64,000 nucleotides of DNA from NCBI GenBank assembly GCA_963785235.1, contig CAWAUM010000001.1, positions 608,001 through 672,000 of the forward strand. Reading direction: 5' to 3'. The stretch's first letter is position 1. Each line of letters opens with the position of its first letter. The position numbers and the translations under genes were made by a program. This DNA is from an uncultured delta proteobacterium (GTDB taxonomy: Bacteria > Desulfobacterota > Desulfomonilia > UBA1062). A model generated the notes under the pieces. It searched no databases. It saw only the letters and a list, made by a program, of their open reading frames with translations, and had not been told where the DNA came from. Below, one piece after another: positions 54,853 through 64,000 of the stretch.

Positions 54853-56217
54853 TCAAGCTCGCAGGTTTGACGTTGACAACTTCCCCGCAACACGCCCGGC
54901 AATGTCCTGGCCTTCTCTAAAAAGGTTGTGTATCCAGAGATATTTAAACAATCCTATTCTCCCGGATATTTCCAGATTTTGAAAACGGGAGAGATATTCA
55001 AATATCGACAATACTTTTTCCTTATAATCCTTTTCCAGCACAGGGTATGCATTGACTATCCTTTCATCTGTGCACCCGATAATATCTTTGTCCCTGATAA
55101 GCCCGGTCTCAATGATCTGTTCCCGGACCTTCTTCATGAAATCAGTGTGATCTGCATTCCACTGCCACTCATGCTCGAAACATGGGACTTCCAATACGAA
55201 GGATGTCATTCCCTGTGGTGACATGGACCTGCTCCTGTTTTTAGGCTCATAACCTCTTGTAAAAATGAATCTGTCCGCAGGGAAATATATGGTTGCAGCG
55301 TTATTTATTTCGTTACCGCGAAGGAGAAACACGGCAAGCCTGATGTTCCTGAACTTCAACGACTTTGCCGTATCCAGGATATCCTGTGGAGGGGCAGGCC
55401 TCATCATGGTGATGAAATCAGCGATCGCCAGGGTTGATACGACCTGATTGATTCTGATGGGATCATGCCCGTTTATCATAATCCCTTCTATCCGGTTACC
55501 ATCATGTACGATGCCTGTTACCCTGCTGTTTAACCGGATATTCTCGAAACCTATGAATTGGGCTATCGCATCACTTAATTGTCCGATACCACGATCCGGA
55601 TAATAGAACTCGCCTTCATAATGCGCAGATTCTGCATATCTTCTCGAGATGAAATTCTTTAAAAGGGTGATGAGGGTCATATTCTTCAGCCGTTCACCCG
55701 AGACTTCCGGAGACAACATATTACAAGGCACTCCCCACAGTTTGCGGGAATAATTGAGAAGAAACCGTTCAGCTATGGACCTGCCGTAAGAAGAAACAGC
55801 AAAGCCTTCGAAATCGTCACTGCATCCTTTTTGGCAGCGGCTTTTTAAAAAATCCATGCCGGATCTTATGGTGAAACATTTATCCATTCTGGTAAAGACA
55901 TCCTGAAACTCCAGTGGGAAGGATAAAAACCGGCCGTTATCGAAGATTTTACTCGGGGCATTTATACGCTTCAGGCAGTCCCCTAAAAGATTTTTTACCT
56001 GCTCTGTGATCTCCTCATCCTTGTCATGTATCCTATGGGCGCCGGTATCAAACATGAACTCATCTATTTGTATTGTTCTGCAATTACCGCCCGGTTTATC
56101 AAGGGCATCAAAGACTGTTGATGGAACATCATTGAGTTTTAGGTAATAGGCTGCAGAAAGACCGGATATGCCGCCGCCTAGAATCAGAACATTCTTCTCA
56201 TATGGTGCTGTTTTCAC
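54853..56217 (-). CDS. FAD-dependent oxidoreductase (protoporphyrinogen oxidase/UDP-galactopyranose mutase-like)
   Basis: GGGISGL, FDTGAH, Y..KLWG, F.YP..GIG, AYPV, GR.GLFKY. Confidence 0.8.
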   Translation of the reverse strand: MKTAPYEKNVLILGGGISGLSAAYYLKLNDVPSTVFDALDKPGGNCRTIQIDEFMFDTGAHRIHDKDEEITEQVKNLLGDCLKRINAPSKIFDNGRFLSFPLEFQDVFTRMDKCFTIRSGMDFLKSRCQKGCSDDFEGFAVSSYGRSIAERFLLNYSRKLWGVPCNMLSPEVSGERLKNMTLITLLKNFISRRYAESAHYEGEFYYPDRGIGQLSDAIAQFIGFENIRLNSRVTGIVHDGNRIEGIMINGHDPIRINQVVSTLAIADFITMMRPAPPQDILDTAKSLKFRNIRLAVFLLRGNEINNAATIYFPADRFIFTRGYEPKNRSRSMSPQGMTSFVLEVPCFEHEWQWNADHTDFMKKVREQIIETGLIRDKDIIGCTDERIVNAYPVLEKDYKEKVLSIFEYLSRFQNLEISGRIGLFKYLWIHNLFREGQDIAGRVAGKLSTSNLRA

Positions 56218-56324
56218 AATAGGTGTCCAATCCAGTTGTTGATAAGCATCTCAAAGAGATGATTATTGTCAGCAATTAACACCAACCTGATATAGAATAA
56301 CAAGGTTATAATTTGAGAATGCCT

Positions 56325-56778
56325 TCAGTTAAACAGGGTAAATTTCCTGACGAAAAAATTCCAGCAAAATACCAATATTGCAGCAATGATTTTAGATGCA
56401 AGATAATGTAAATGAGTCTTTTCCGTAAAGAACCACATGAATAATAAGCTCAATCCAAGCCCTGTCACTCCGATCATTCCGAAGATAAAAAACTCAATCC
56501 ATCGCGATTGAATCGTGCGTCTGTTGAAAACCCATACGATGCTGAAGGCATATTTGACACTGACTCCTATTGAATAACGCTATAGCTGCAGATACCAAAT
56601 AATAAACATGAAGGAATTCCGTAAGCGTGTACAGAGATCCAAAATCCGCTGCAAAGGCAATTCCTCCAACAAGGGTATAGCGAACTAACTGAATTAATGT
56701 ATTGTTCGATTTAAAGATAAAAAAATCATTGATCGTTTTCCTGATGAACAATCCAGAGGCAGTTGAAGATGGAGCCAT
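56325..56778 (-). CDS. GtrA-family flippase-like protein, frameshifted near 56570
   Basis: RYTLVGG.AF.ADF...LTE...YYL.S; later HYL.SK......WNF..RK..LF. Confidence 0.75.
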
Positions 56779-56877
56779 GATTAACAAATCTCCCGATATA
56801 ACAAACAGATATTAATAAATCTCGTTATACTTATTTGAGTGATATTCGAATGTCAATTCTTAATCAGGCTGACCATG

Positions 56878-58816
56878 CTACAGCAAGGTTATTATATGGG
56901 CTATACCGCCTGCGACCACGAGGGCCACGGTGGTGTTCAGGGCGATGGAATACAGGGCGACCTTCCAACCACCCTCTTTCCAGAGGGTGGAAATGGTGGC
57001 CACGCAGGGGATGTAGAGCACGGTGAAGACCACGAGTACAAGTATCTGTCCGTGCGTCAGGATGGTCGAGACATCAGCAGTATCCAGCGCCTGGTTCAGC
57101 ATGAGGAGCGTGAGCTCCTTGCGGAAGATGCCGAGGAACAAGGTGATGCCGGTCTGGTCAGGGAGGCTCAGGATGCCCGAGGTGACGGGCGCCAGCAGGG
57201 CGTTCACCGGTTTGTCCAGCCCCACATGCGAGATAAAGGCAAGGGCCAGGCTCGAGACCACGATAACAGGCCAGGCAAAGGTGAGGAACTCCCTGAGCCT
57301 CCACCACACCTTTGAGGCCACCAGGCCGGGGTAGGGGCGCCGCAAAGGGGGCACGTCCATGATGATGCCGGGCGACATGTCCTTCTGCAGGCGCGACAGG
57401 GCAAACGATACCGCCAATGCCACCATGATGTTTCCGGCATAGATGGCAGTGGTGTAGACAGGGCCCAGATATTTGCCGGCAAGGGCCAGGATGATGACTG
57501 TCCTGGCCGAACAGGCGATGAACGGGATGATAAGCATGGTCAGCACCCGGTCGCGCTCGTATTCCAGGCCTCGGGCGGCCATGATGGCCGGCACGTTGCA
57601 CCCGTAGCCCAGGATGATGGGAACGGCCGATTTCCCGTGCAGGCCGAACCGGTGGAGGATGCCGTCCACCATGAAGGCGATCCTCGGCAGCAGGCCTGAA
57701 TCCTCGAGAATGGCGAGCAGGATGAGCAGGGGGACGAGGTAGGGCAGCACGATCCCCACACCGGAGACAAGTCCGTCATACAGCCCTGAGACGGCAACGG
57801 CGGCCAGCCCCCCGGTCATGCCCGTAAGCTTCAGCCTCAAGGCATCAAGCGGCGCTTCGATGAGGCCTGAAATGAAGTCCCCCATCTTGAACGATGCGAA
57901 GAACATGAAGAACAGCAGCCCGACGATTGCAACAAACCCGCCGATGGGGTTGATGATGAAGCGGTCGATGGTTTCCCTGATGTCGTGGCCGTGCTTGTGC
58001 CTCACCACGGCGACCTGTTCGAAGAGATCGAACACGTATGCGTGGCGGTGCGACGCGAACACGCCGGACTCGGGCCAGTTGTGCATCTCGGCCAGCTGCC
58101 GGCGCTTTTCAATGACATAGTGCAGGAATGGCTCGTCGGACTTTCCCACCGTGCGTTCGAATTCCTCATCCATCTCAAGGAGCCTGATGATCACGAACCG
58201 ATCATCCATGTCCAGGCTGTCCCTCAGGTGTTCCGGATAGCGTAGCGTGATATCGGCAATGCATTCTTCAACGTCACGGTCGTAAACGGGCTTTACCGGC
58301 TTGAACTCCTCCAGGGCCGCACTGAAGGCTGCCTCGAAGAGTTCGCGCACCCCGCTGCCTTCTACGGCTACGAGCGGGCAGGCCTTGCAGCCGGTCAGCG
58401 CGTTGAGTTTGGCAAGGTCGATCTCGATTCCCTTTGCCTGGGCCTCATCGAACATGTTCAGGCCGATCACCATGGGGATGTTCATCTCCAGGAGCTGCAT
58501 GGTGAGCTCCAGAGAGCGTTCCAGAAGCGATGCATCAAGCACGTTGATGATGACGTCTGCATTCCCTGAGAGCAGATAATCCCTAGCCTGTTTCTCGGCC
58601 ATGTCATGGGAGGAGATGGAGTAGGTGCCGGGCAGGTCGATGAGCCTTATTGTCCTGCCTTCGAAGTAATACCTTTGTCTCGGTGAATGTGACCGTGGTG
58701 CCTGCAAAGTTCCCGGTATTGACCTTGAAACCGGCTACTGCATTGAAAAGCGTGGATTTGCCGCAGTTGGGCTGGCCGGCTAGCGCAATGACAAGCTCGT
58801 CACGAGGGCTCTTCAG
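56878..58816 (-). CDS. feoB: Ferrous iron transporter FeoB; frameshift near 58672 (start approximate)
   Basis: IALAGQPNCGKST and GNFAGTTV read upstream; DLPGTYS, NMFD, EDSG..PR, GYGCNVPA, LYIPCVAT. Confidence 0.9.
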
Positions 58817-59102
58817 GGCTTACCTCCACTGTCCCGGCCATGCCGCGGCCGATCATGGTCCGTGCGCCTGAGGCCGTGTCTTCAACGAGCAGTGGTCCGT
58901 GAAAGGGCGCTGCCTTAATCAGGCGGATTATCTTCCCCTCGTGTATGCCGAACCCTGCCATGCGGGCACGTGCGGTTTTGCCGCCGTTGATCCCGGTGAC
59001 GACTGCTGTCTCGCCTTGCTTCAGATCCAATAACGTAAGTGGGTTCTTCTGCTGGGAGAATGGTTGATGTCTGTCGCATTGTGGTGTGAACCTTTCAATC
59101 AT
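58800..59102 (-). CDS. feoA: FeoA
   Basis: L.DL..GE, R...GI..G, APF.GP, IGRGMA. Confidence 0.85.
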   Translation of the reverse strand: MIERFTPQCDRHQPFSQQKNPLTLLDLKQGETAVVTGINGGKTARARMAGFGIHEGKIIRLIKAAPFHGPLLVEDTASGARTMIGRGMAGTVEVSPEEPS

Positions 59103-59171
59103 AGTATATGAGTCTTATTCGGCACTGACCGCACGGATGATTAACCGGGACAAGGGGATGTTTGCACCGCT

Positions 59172-59640
59172 TCATGCTTCACCTCCGTGATTCTGTTTGC
59201 TCCGGCAATCAGGGCACAATCCGATGAGCTCCAGGTGGTGGCTCTCCAGGATGAACCCGTGTTCCTTTGCCACCGCCTCCTGGAGGATCTCGATGGCCGG
59301 GTAGGAGAATTCCACCTTCATCCCGCAGTGCGAACAGACAAGATGGTCGTGGTGCTCGTGGTCCCAGATGTGCTCGTACCACACCCCGCCGGTGGTTGCG
59401 TCTTCCTGGATGGAGGCCCTTCGTATGATGCCCGCCTGGACGAGCAGCGCCAGGTTGCGGTACACGGTGGTCAGAGACAGGGTGTAACCCTGTGCATTGA
59501 GAAGGTCGAGCACGTGGTAGGGGTGGAAATGCCCGTCAATATTGCAAACAGTTCGCAATAAAGAGAGTCGTTCTTTTGTGAGTCTGCCGCCGCGTTGATG
59601 TTAGTATAGAGCTGAATTTAACAACACAATTACCATTAGG
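59172..59640 (-). CDS. Fur-family regulator (5' end frameshifted/uncertain)
   Basis: RLTKER upstream, SLTTVYRNL, HHDHLVC..CG, H.LE..G.C..C. Confidence 0.85.
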
Positions 59641-59731
59641 GGTGCAGGTTTTACATTCAGGCTTTGAGGTATTCTTGTTGCATATTAATACCAATAGAGG
59701 CTTATCAGGAGTCTGTCAAGCCCCCATTGGT

Positions 59732-60373
59732 TCATTGCTCATTTGAATCCTCGATCTTTACGATCTCCTTAAACAGGGGAAGGATGTCTTTCTCACTAAG
59801 TGTCCTGACCAGGTATGTTTCAAGAAAGCGCCAGATTTTTCTCCCCTGACCGACTACCCTGGACAGATTGACTGGAAGTGCAGATTTTCCTGATGAGCCT
59901 TGCCTTTCAATCATCTCCTGAGCATCCAGTATGGCTGAAGGCAGCTTTTTCCTATCGCCCACCGGGTCCAGGACGGACAAGCCGAGTAACATGGAATTGT
60001 CTTTTCCGCAAAAAATTGAACGGTAATCGTTTTTATAGAGCACAACGGGTTTCCCTGTGGCGAACGCAATGCCTGCCTCCGCCACGGCCCCTTCATCGGG
60101 TACCCTGCCGTTCATGTTGAAGACAAAGTATTCGCAGCGCTCCACGATCTGATAGACATCAAGTGCGAATATCGCACGGTTGATCCTGTCTTGCATCCCG
60201 AGGATATTGTTGTTTAACGGGGTGTTCACAAAGCCCAGGACGTACCGCTCAAGGCCGTCTCTGTGGGGAAGAAAAGTGCCGTAGCCGGCATCTTCAAGAA
60301 CCTTTGCTATGGCATTCATCCCGGCGATCTCTTCAGGGCAGAATAAGGGGCCTGAGCAATATACATTTTTCAT
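59732..60373 (-). CDS. Nucleoside 2-deoxyribosyltransferase-like protein
   Basis: VY.SGPLF, FLPHRDG, IF.LD, DEGA..E.G.A. Confidence 0.75.
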   Translation of the reverse strand: MKNVYCSGPLFCPEEIAGMNAIAKVLEDAGYGTFLPHRDGLERYVLGFVNTPLNNNILGMQDRINRAIFALDVYQIVERCEYFVFNMNGRVPDEGAVAEAGIAFATGKPVVLYKNDYRSIFCGKDNSMLLGLSVLDPVGDRKKLPSAILDAQEMIERQGSSGKSALPVNLSRVVGQGRKIWRFLETYLVRTLSEKDILPLFKEIVKIEDSNEQ

Positions 60374-60406
60374 GATTTTCAGTATAATCTCATAAGCCCG
60401 GCCGGC

Positions 60407-61375
60407 TCAATCCCCAATGGTTTTTAAAAAGTGGAGAAACCCATATAAGGCTGATCCCCACAGGCCATTATTCTCATTTGTATTTAAATAAATCGGTAGT
60501 CGATCAAGATAAGGGCTCTTCAGGGTGGATGTAACAAATTCATTCCGGAATGTATCGTTATTCACCAGGAATGGATAGTTGCCTGCAAGGCCGCCTGTTA
60601 TAAAGAGCAGGCCTGCAGGTGATAGCTTGGACAAACAATAGTTGCGGCAAGATCTTGCATAGAACCTTGCAAACCACCTGGTAGTATCACTGTCGGGGGT
60701 GATCTTTCTTGCAACCTGGTCAGGGGTAAGGTCTTCACCGGTTAAGAAATTATGCAACAGGGCAAGGCCGGGGCCTGAAACAACGGTGTCTCCTGTGGGG
60801 TAGGGGATTGCATGTTTGTCCATGATAAATGCCCTGAAATCAAGTTCCTCTTTGTCAATAAAGGGATAAGGTATCTGGCCTGCTTCAGCCGCAATAGGAA
60901 TGTAGCCGCCAGTGCCGTCCGTTTTCAGATAACAATGCCCCAAGCCTGTTCCGGCACCCACAACAGCGATGTCGCATGGCATGCATGATGTCCCGTCTTT
61001 GATCTTTATCTGGTCATCAAGCGGCTTTGTTAAACAGCCATAGCCTTGTGCCATGAAGTCGTTGATAAAATATATCGGAAGGTTGAAGCAATTTTTAAGC
61101 TGCGCAATATCAATTGCCCACAATACATTCACCATTTCCACCCTGGTGTCATCGAGCACCGGTCCCGGTACGGCAATGACCAGGGCGTCACAATCGTGAA
61201 TAGTGAGTTCGGGGCAGTCTGTAACCTGCTGAGAGATTAACTCGTCAAAAGAACTGGCATCACCGGTGCGTAACCAGATACTGTTTATTAATGTCATTGA
61301 ATACCGGGAATGAGCCTCGAATATGGCAAACCTGCTATTGGTACCGCCGATATCTATGACAAATATCTTTTTCAT
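60407..61375 (-). CDS. glk: Glucokinase
   Basis: DIGGTNSRF, AVPGPV, INDF.AQ, GAGTGLG, SGPGL. Confidence 0.85.
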   Translation of the reverse strand: MKKIFVIDIGGTNSRFAIFEAHSRYSMTLINSIWLRTGDASSFDELISQQVTDCPELTIHDCDALVIAVPGPVLDDTRVEMVNVLWAIDIAQLKNCFNLPIYFINDFMAQGYGCLTKPLDDQIKIKDGTSCMPCDIAVVGAGTGLGHCYLKTDGTGGYIPIAAEAGQIPYPFIDKEELDFRAFIMDKHAIPYPTGDTVVSGPGLALLHNFLTGEDLTPDQVARKITPDSDTTRWFARFYARSCRNYCLSKLSPAGLLFITGGLAGNYPFLVNNDTFRNEFVTSTLKSPYLDRLPIYLNTNENNGLWGSALYGFLHFLKTIGD

Positions 61376-61441
61376 TTTTTCTCCGAATGTTTTTCTTACC
61401 TGAGTCGTTTATTTTATATCACAGGGACTTGAACAATTCTA

Positions 61442-63133
61442 TTAGGCTTTCAGGGCATCGGCAAGCTTTCTTGATAGCTCGCTCAGCTGGTAGGGCTTCT
61501 GGATGAAGGAAACCGCCCCTTTTTCCATGAGCTGCTTTGCACGGCCGGTGAGACTGTAGCCGCTGGCCAGGATAACCTTTGCATCAGGGTTGATAGCGCA
61601 AAGTTCATCAAAGGTCATATCGCCGCTCATCTCGGGCATGATCATGTCGAGCATGATGAGGTCGATGTCCTTCCAACTGGATCTATATTGATCAATGGCC
61701 TCTTTGCCGCCGCGGGCGGTCAGGACCCGGTAACCGAGATTCTCGAGCAACTCCGCAGTCACCTCGAGGATGAATGCCTCGTCATCTACGACGAGCACAG
61801 CGCCACTGCCTTTGCGTATCTCTTCCGAAGCGTCCTTCTCATAAACAGGCATCTTGTCGGAAGACGGCAGATAGATAGTGAAGGTAGTTCCATGATTCAT
61901 CTCAGAGTATACGGTGATAATGCCCCGGTGTGCCTTGATAATGCCATAGACCGTAGCCAGGCCTAATCCGGTGCCGCGGCCCATCTCTCTGGTGGTGAAG
62001 AACGGCTCGAATACTCTCTCTTTTGTCTTCTCATCCATGCCGGCCCCGGTATCCGTCACCGAGGTCTTGATATATCTTCCGGCCGGCAGATCGTATGATC
62101 TGGTATAAGATTCGCTCAGGATGACGTTTTCTGTGGAGAGATACAAGCTGCCGCCGCCCTTCATGGCCTGCCATGCATTCACAAAAAGGTTCAGCAGCAC
62201 CTGCTCTATCTGGCCCCTGTCCACCTCGGCGGCCCAGAGGTCGGGTGAAAGCTTTAAGTATACGGCGATCTCCTTCTTTGTCCTGCCGAAGGTGTGCGAT
62301 GTCTGTTCGATGATCTCGTTTAAGTTTGCAGGTTTCACCTCATACCTGCCTCCCCGGGCGAAACCCAGGAGCTGGTCTGAGAGGTCGGCCCCGCTTTTTA
62401 TCTGCATTTCGATCCGCTTGAGCTTGTCGTAATGAGGATGCGAAGGATCAAGCCCCATGAGCATGATCTGGGTGTATCCCTGAATACCCATGAGGAGGTT
62501 GTTGAAGTCATGCGCAATGCCACCTGCCAGGGTCCCTATGGCCTCCATTTTCTGAGCCTGAAGGAGCTGATTCTCAAGGCGCTTCCTGTCGGTCACATCC
62601 AGATCCATACAGAATACCTCAACCACCTCATGGCCCTCAATGATGGGGAACATTGTGGAGAACACCCAGCGCGTTTCATTGTTTCGGTTGTGTACCTCCC
62701 ACTCTCTGGGCTCTGTGGGCTTGCACGTGGTCCATATCCGTTCAAGGGTATTCTTAAAGTCGGTCCTCGATTCCCGTGACAGGACTATATCCTGAAATAG
62801 ATTGCCTTTTGCCTCGTTGGCTGCATATCCGTAGATGGCTTTACATGCATTATTCCAGTGGAGGATAGTGCCTTGCCTGTCAAATCCCTGAATTGCCACG
62901 AAAGGGGTGTTTTCGATGATGGACTCGAACCGGCCGAGTGCATTCTTAAGCTCATCGTTCACCTGCATGAGCTCATGTGAACTCAGATCAAAGGCCCTCT
63001 CCAGCATGAGCCTGTCCTCGTCATTTTCGTGATAGGCCTTATCCACGGCCCTGATGAATTCCTGAAACCCCTCGGGGAGAGGCTCCATATCTTTAAGATA
63101 GCGTTTTATCTGTCGTCTGATAAGGCTGTGCAC
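61442..63133 (-). CDS. PAS hybrid sensor histidine kinase/response regulator
   Basis: QKMEAIGTLAGGIAHDFNN, NAWQAM, FEPFFTT, GTGLGL, VLVVDDE...LDMIMP. Confidence 0.95.
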   Translation of the reverse strand: MHSLIRRQIKRYLKDMEPLPEGFQEFIRAVDKAYHENDEDRLMLERAFDLSSHELMQVNDELKNALGRFESIIENTPFVAIQGFDRQGTILHWNNACKAIYGYAANEAKGNLFQDIVLSRESRTDFKNTLERIWTTCKPTEPREWEVHNRNNETRWVFSTMFPIIEGHEVVEVFCMDLDVTDRKRLENQLLQAQKMEAIGTLAGGIAHDFNNLLMGIQGYTQIMLMGLDPSHPHYDKLKRIEMQIKSGADLSDQLLGFARGGRYEVKPANLNEIIEQTSHTFGRTKKEIAVYLKLSPDLWAAEVDRGQIEQVLLNLFVNAWQAMKGGGSLYLSTENVILSESYTRSYDLPAGRYIKTSVTDTGAGMDEKTKERVFEPFFTTREMGRGTGLGLATVYGIIKAHRGIITVYSEMNHGTTFTIYLPSSDKMPVYEKDASEEIRKGSGAVLVVDDEAFILEVTAELLENLGYRVLTARGGKEAIDQYRSSWKDIDLIMLDMIMPEMSGDMTFDELCAINPDAKVILASGYSLTGRAKQLMEKGAVSFIQKPYQLSELSRKLADALKA

Positions 63134-63137
63134 AAGT

Positions 63138-64000
63138 TCATTCCTCGCTCAAGGCAGTGATGGTCATGGTCTGGTTGTGCAGTTCGCACGTGCCGCCCTT
63201 GGCAAAGGGTGATATCTCGCCGTAAGAATAGAATCCTGTATAGGTGGCGCCTTCTCCCAGGATGTCGCGCACCCCTTCCACTTCTTCTTCAATGCGCTGT
63301 TTGAGGATAAGCTTTCTCCCCACGCAGCTGATGAGGATTGCGAGCTCCGGGCTGCAGGGTCCAATGGTCTCGGCCGATGACCTGGCTGCGCCTACAGCGC
63401 CGTCGATGAGGCGCTCAAAGTTGGCCTTCATCAGCCGGGCATAGGCATTCGCGGGCATGTTGCCTGCAAAGGTCATGCTCTGTTCTTCCTCGTCCACCGA
63501 CAGAAGCGTTCTTACTACCGGCCTTGATGCATCATTCATCCTGAGGCTCAAGGGGAAGAGGAGTCCCGTGGCAGGAAGGCCCTTGGCGTGCTCTCCGAGG
63601 TACTGTTTGTACAGGGCCAGGGCGGATTTTCCGTCAAGCTCATAGAGGATGTTTCCCCTGGAACGGGTAATAAGTCGTTCCGGCCCGAAGGTATCCCAGC
63701 CGCCGAGAGAGCCGTATCCGACCTGCAGCGTGCTGCCATAGAAACCGATGGCCCCGACGGCATCCCTTGTTGGTTCGTTGTTGAGCAGGACATATGTCTC
63801 CTGGAACCTGTCACCGTCTCCGGAAAGGCCCCCGGTCAGGGTTGTACCGAAGGGCAGATGTTCCGTGAGCCCCCTCACGAGTTCAGAGCCGTTTATGTTG
63901 AGACCTTCGGACAGGACAAAGACATGTTTAAGGTTGTCCCCGGCAAGGGATATGGCCAGATCAGAGCCTGCCTTGTAGCTGTCTTCTATATCGTTTATCT
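63138..64000 (-). CDS. FIST-domain signal transduction protein (5' partial)
   Basis: GGLSGDG, GGW..FGP.R.IT, LYELDG..AL, SCVGRK, GFYSYGEI, LHNQTMT. Confidence 0.9.
   Translation of the reverse strand, partial: INDIEDSYKAGSDLAISLAGDNLKHVFVLSEGLNINGSELVRGLTEHLPFGTTLTGGLSGDGDRFQETYVLLNNEPTRDAVGAIGFYGSTLQVGYGSLGGWDTFGPERLITRSRGNILYELDGKSALALYKQYLGEHAKGLPATGLLFPLSLRMNDASRPVVRTLLSVDEEEQSMTFAGNMPANAYARLMKANFERLIDGAVGAARSSAETIGPCSPELAILISCVGRKLILKQRIEEEVEGVRDILGEGATYTGFYSYGEISPFAKGGTCELHNQTMTITALSEE

Overview
Bacterial chromosomal window; gene content (sigma54 activator, PEP-CTERM protein, FIST/PAS hybrid kinase, Feo, B12 radical SAM) suggests an anaerobic deltaproteobacterium, which is an inference. 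At least a dozen genes carry single-base frameshifts, probably long-read assembly errors. The main feature is a ~25 kb minus-strand block (about 4.3-29.8 kb). A kaiC-kaiB-kaiB operon (no kaiA) runs directly into a PAS-domain sigma54 enhancer-binding protein that has no receiver domain. Downstream lie seven copies of a ~150 bp promoter cassette, each with a sigma54 -24/-12 box, an IHF-like centre and two tandem CCTCAA-N4-TTGAGG-like palindromes at nearly fixed spacing. The cassettes head units encoding two RpoH-like sigma factors, PilZ, Sel1, OmpA/DUF4398, BON/lmo0937/DUF3185/DUF3309 small stress proteins, and an Mla-type ABC operon whose ATPase appears fused to a degenerate GGDEF-like domain. 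Together this looks like a self-contained Kai-controlled sigma54 regulon. The rest is more ordinary: cusBA, USP, PqiA, radical SAM, a second Mla/Pqi ABC system, recQ, an NCS2 permease, a small glycosylation cluster, fur-feoAB, glucokinase and a FIST/PAS hybrid kinase.
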